A DNA stretch of 39,207 nt from a virus. Positions within the stretch are counted from its first letter, which is position 1, and each line of letters starts with the position of its first letter. The translations under genes and the position numbers were made by a program. The stretch lies in IMG/VR virus record IMGVR_UViG_3300045988_010507, positions 1 through 39,207 of that record; one strand, given 5' to 3'. Positions 38,824 to 39,207 of this stretch are shown here, piece after piece. Under the pieces are notes generated by a model. The model was given only the letters and a program-made list of their open reading frames with translations. It was not told the origin of the DNA and searched no databases.

Positions 38824-39207
38824 GGCGATACCTCGGTAAATTCGCCGCCGATAAGCTTGTACCATGTATCTGCCTTTATTTTTTCGCCATCAACAAACTC
38901 GGTTTTTACAAATTGGGGAACCATTCGATTTTTCTCATCCGAATACTTCCATTCGGCAAGCGTTATCCAGTTGCCGAGTTTTGCCTTAACGACGGATTCG
39001 GCTCCCGAACTACAAATAACCGAGTCTTCTCCCGAGCTTTCGATCTTGGCGTAGTCGCCGCTGCTGCCGATCTGGGCGTAGTCGCCGCTGCTGCCGATCT
39101 GGGCGTAGTAGCCGCTGCTGCCGATCTTGGCGTAGTCGCCGCTGCTGCCGATCTGGGCGGAGTCGCCGCTGCTGCCGATCTTAGCGTAGTCGCCGCTGCT
39201 GCCGATC
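38820..39207 (-). CDS. C-terminal part of the nonapeptide-repeat protein that starts at 454 (wraps the window junction)
   Basis: The frame is open from the window end. It reads ...IGSSGDYAKIGSSGDSAQIGSSGDYAKIGSSGYYAQIGSSGDYAQIGSSGDYAKIESSGEDSVICSSGAESVVKAKLGNWITLAEWKYSDEKNRMVPQFVKTEFVDGEKIKADTWYKLIGGEFTEVSP, with a TGA at 38820-38822. The frame matches 1..454 only if the 23-nt terminal overlap is collapsed. Confidence 0.65.
   Translation of the reverse strand, partial: IGSSGDYAKIGSSGDSAQIGSSGDYAKIGSSGYYAQIGSSGDYAQIGSSGDYAKIESSGEDSVICSSGAESVVKAKLGNWITLAEWKYSDEKNRMVPQFVKTEFVDGEKIKADTWYKLIGGEFTEVSP
39024..39207. repeat. 27-bp coding tandem repeat: one degenerate unit, 5 full units and one 22-nt unit
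   Basis: Units at 39051-39077, 39078-39104, 39105-39131 (GTAGTAGCC...CTTGGC), 39132-39158, 39159-39185 (GGAGTC...CTTAGC) and 39186-39207. A degenerate unit lies at 39024-39050. Confidence 0.9.

Noticed and set aside
39024-39207. Possible CRISPR array (regular 27-bp repeats at both ends)
   Set aside because: The repeats are directly adjacent with no spacers. They lie in an open reading frame that encodes a 9-aa peptide repeat.
1-39207. tRNA, tmRNA, rRNA or transposase genes
   Set aside because: I found no cloverleaf-like sequence (no GGTTCGAATCC-type T-arm) and no transposase-like ORF by eye. A tRNAscan or Infernal run would be needed for certainty.

Overview
The window reads as one essentially complete genome of a temperate siphovirus-type phage, or a circular or excised prophage contig. 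The host looks like a GC-rich Firmicute (Clostridia-like), but that assignment is inference from gene families only. Both window ends lie inside the same 27-bp coding tandem repeat, and nt 1-23 are identical to nt 39185-39207. One gene therefore wraps around the junction, and the molecule is probably circular or circularly permuted at about 39.18 kb.

Almost everything from 5.7 kb to the end is on the minus strand. In order of transcription:
- An early operon starts at a Cro-like XRE gene (1534). It continues through small proteins and a membrane-anchored 3D-domain protein to a nonapeptide-repeat protein that wraps from 454 through 1 to 39207-38820.
- Recombination and replication genes follow: wHTH, Rad52-like SSAP, NinB-like, HNH, SSB, replisome organizer and DnaC-like loader.
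- Next is a DNA-modification / anti-restriction block: PAPS-reductase-like enzyme, C5-methyltransferase-like protein, DUF551 and a Lar-like protein.
- Then come DUF1064, Cys-rich small proteins, two HTH proteins and a terminator.
- A ~400-nt ORF-free, hairpin-dense GC-rich region precedes the late genes.
- Late genes: TerS, TerL, portal, MuF fused to an HExxH domain, a gp10-like protein, scaffold, capsid, connectors, tail tube, G/GT chaperone, tape measure, tail tip and a collagen-like fibre.
- A PBSX-like lysis cassette follows: XkdX, XhlA, a phosphodiester-glycosidase-like protein, holin and a CHAP endolysin.
- An accessory (moron) region spans 5.7-11.3 kb.

A plus-strand lysogeny block at 1.6-5.7 kb ends in a large serine recombinase.

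The best hunting candidates are:
- the structured noncoding region at 29.4-29.8 kb;
- a terminator-bounded five-gene accessory cassette at 8.8-10.8 kb (putative Cys-His peptidase, Q-rich proteins and a Cys-motif membrane protein);
- two low-GC paralogous HNH_3-like genes with their own near-consensus promoters, flanking a C1q/BclA-CTD-like gene;
- the MuF-metallopeptidase fusion, which has a compositional break at the fusion point;
- a portal gene separated by tandem in-frame TGA codons from a further in-frame coding-looking segment.

All functional calls come from reading the translations by eye. No searches were run.
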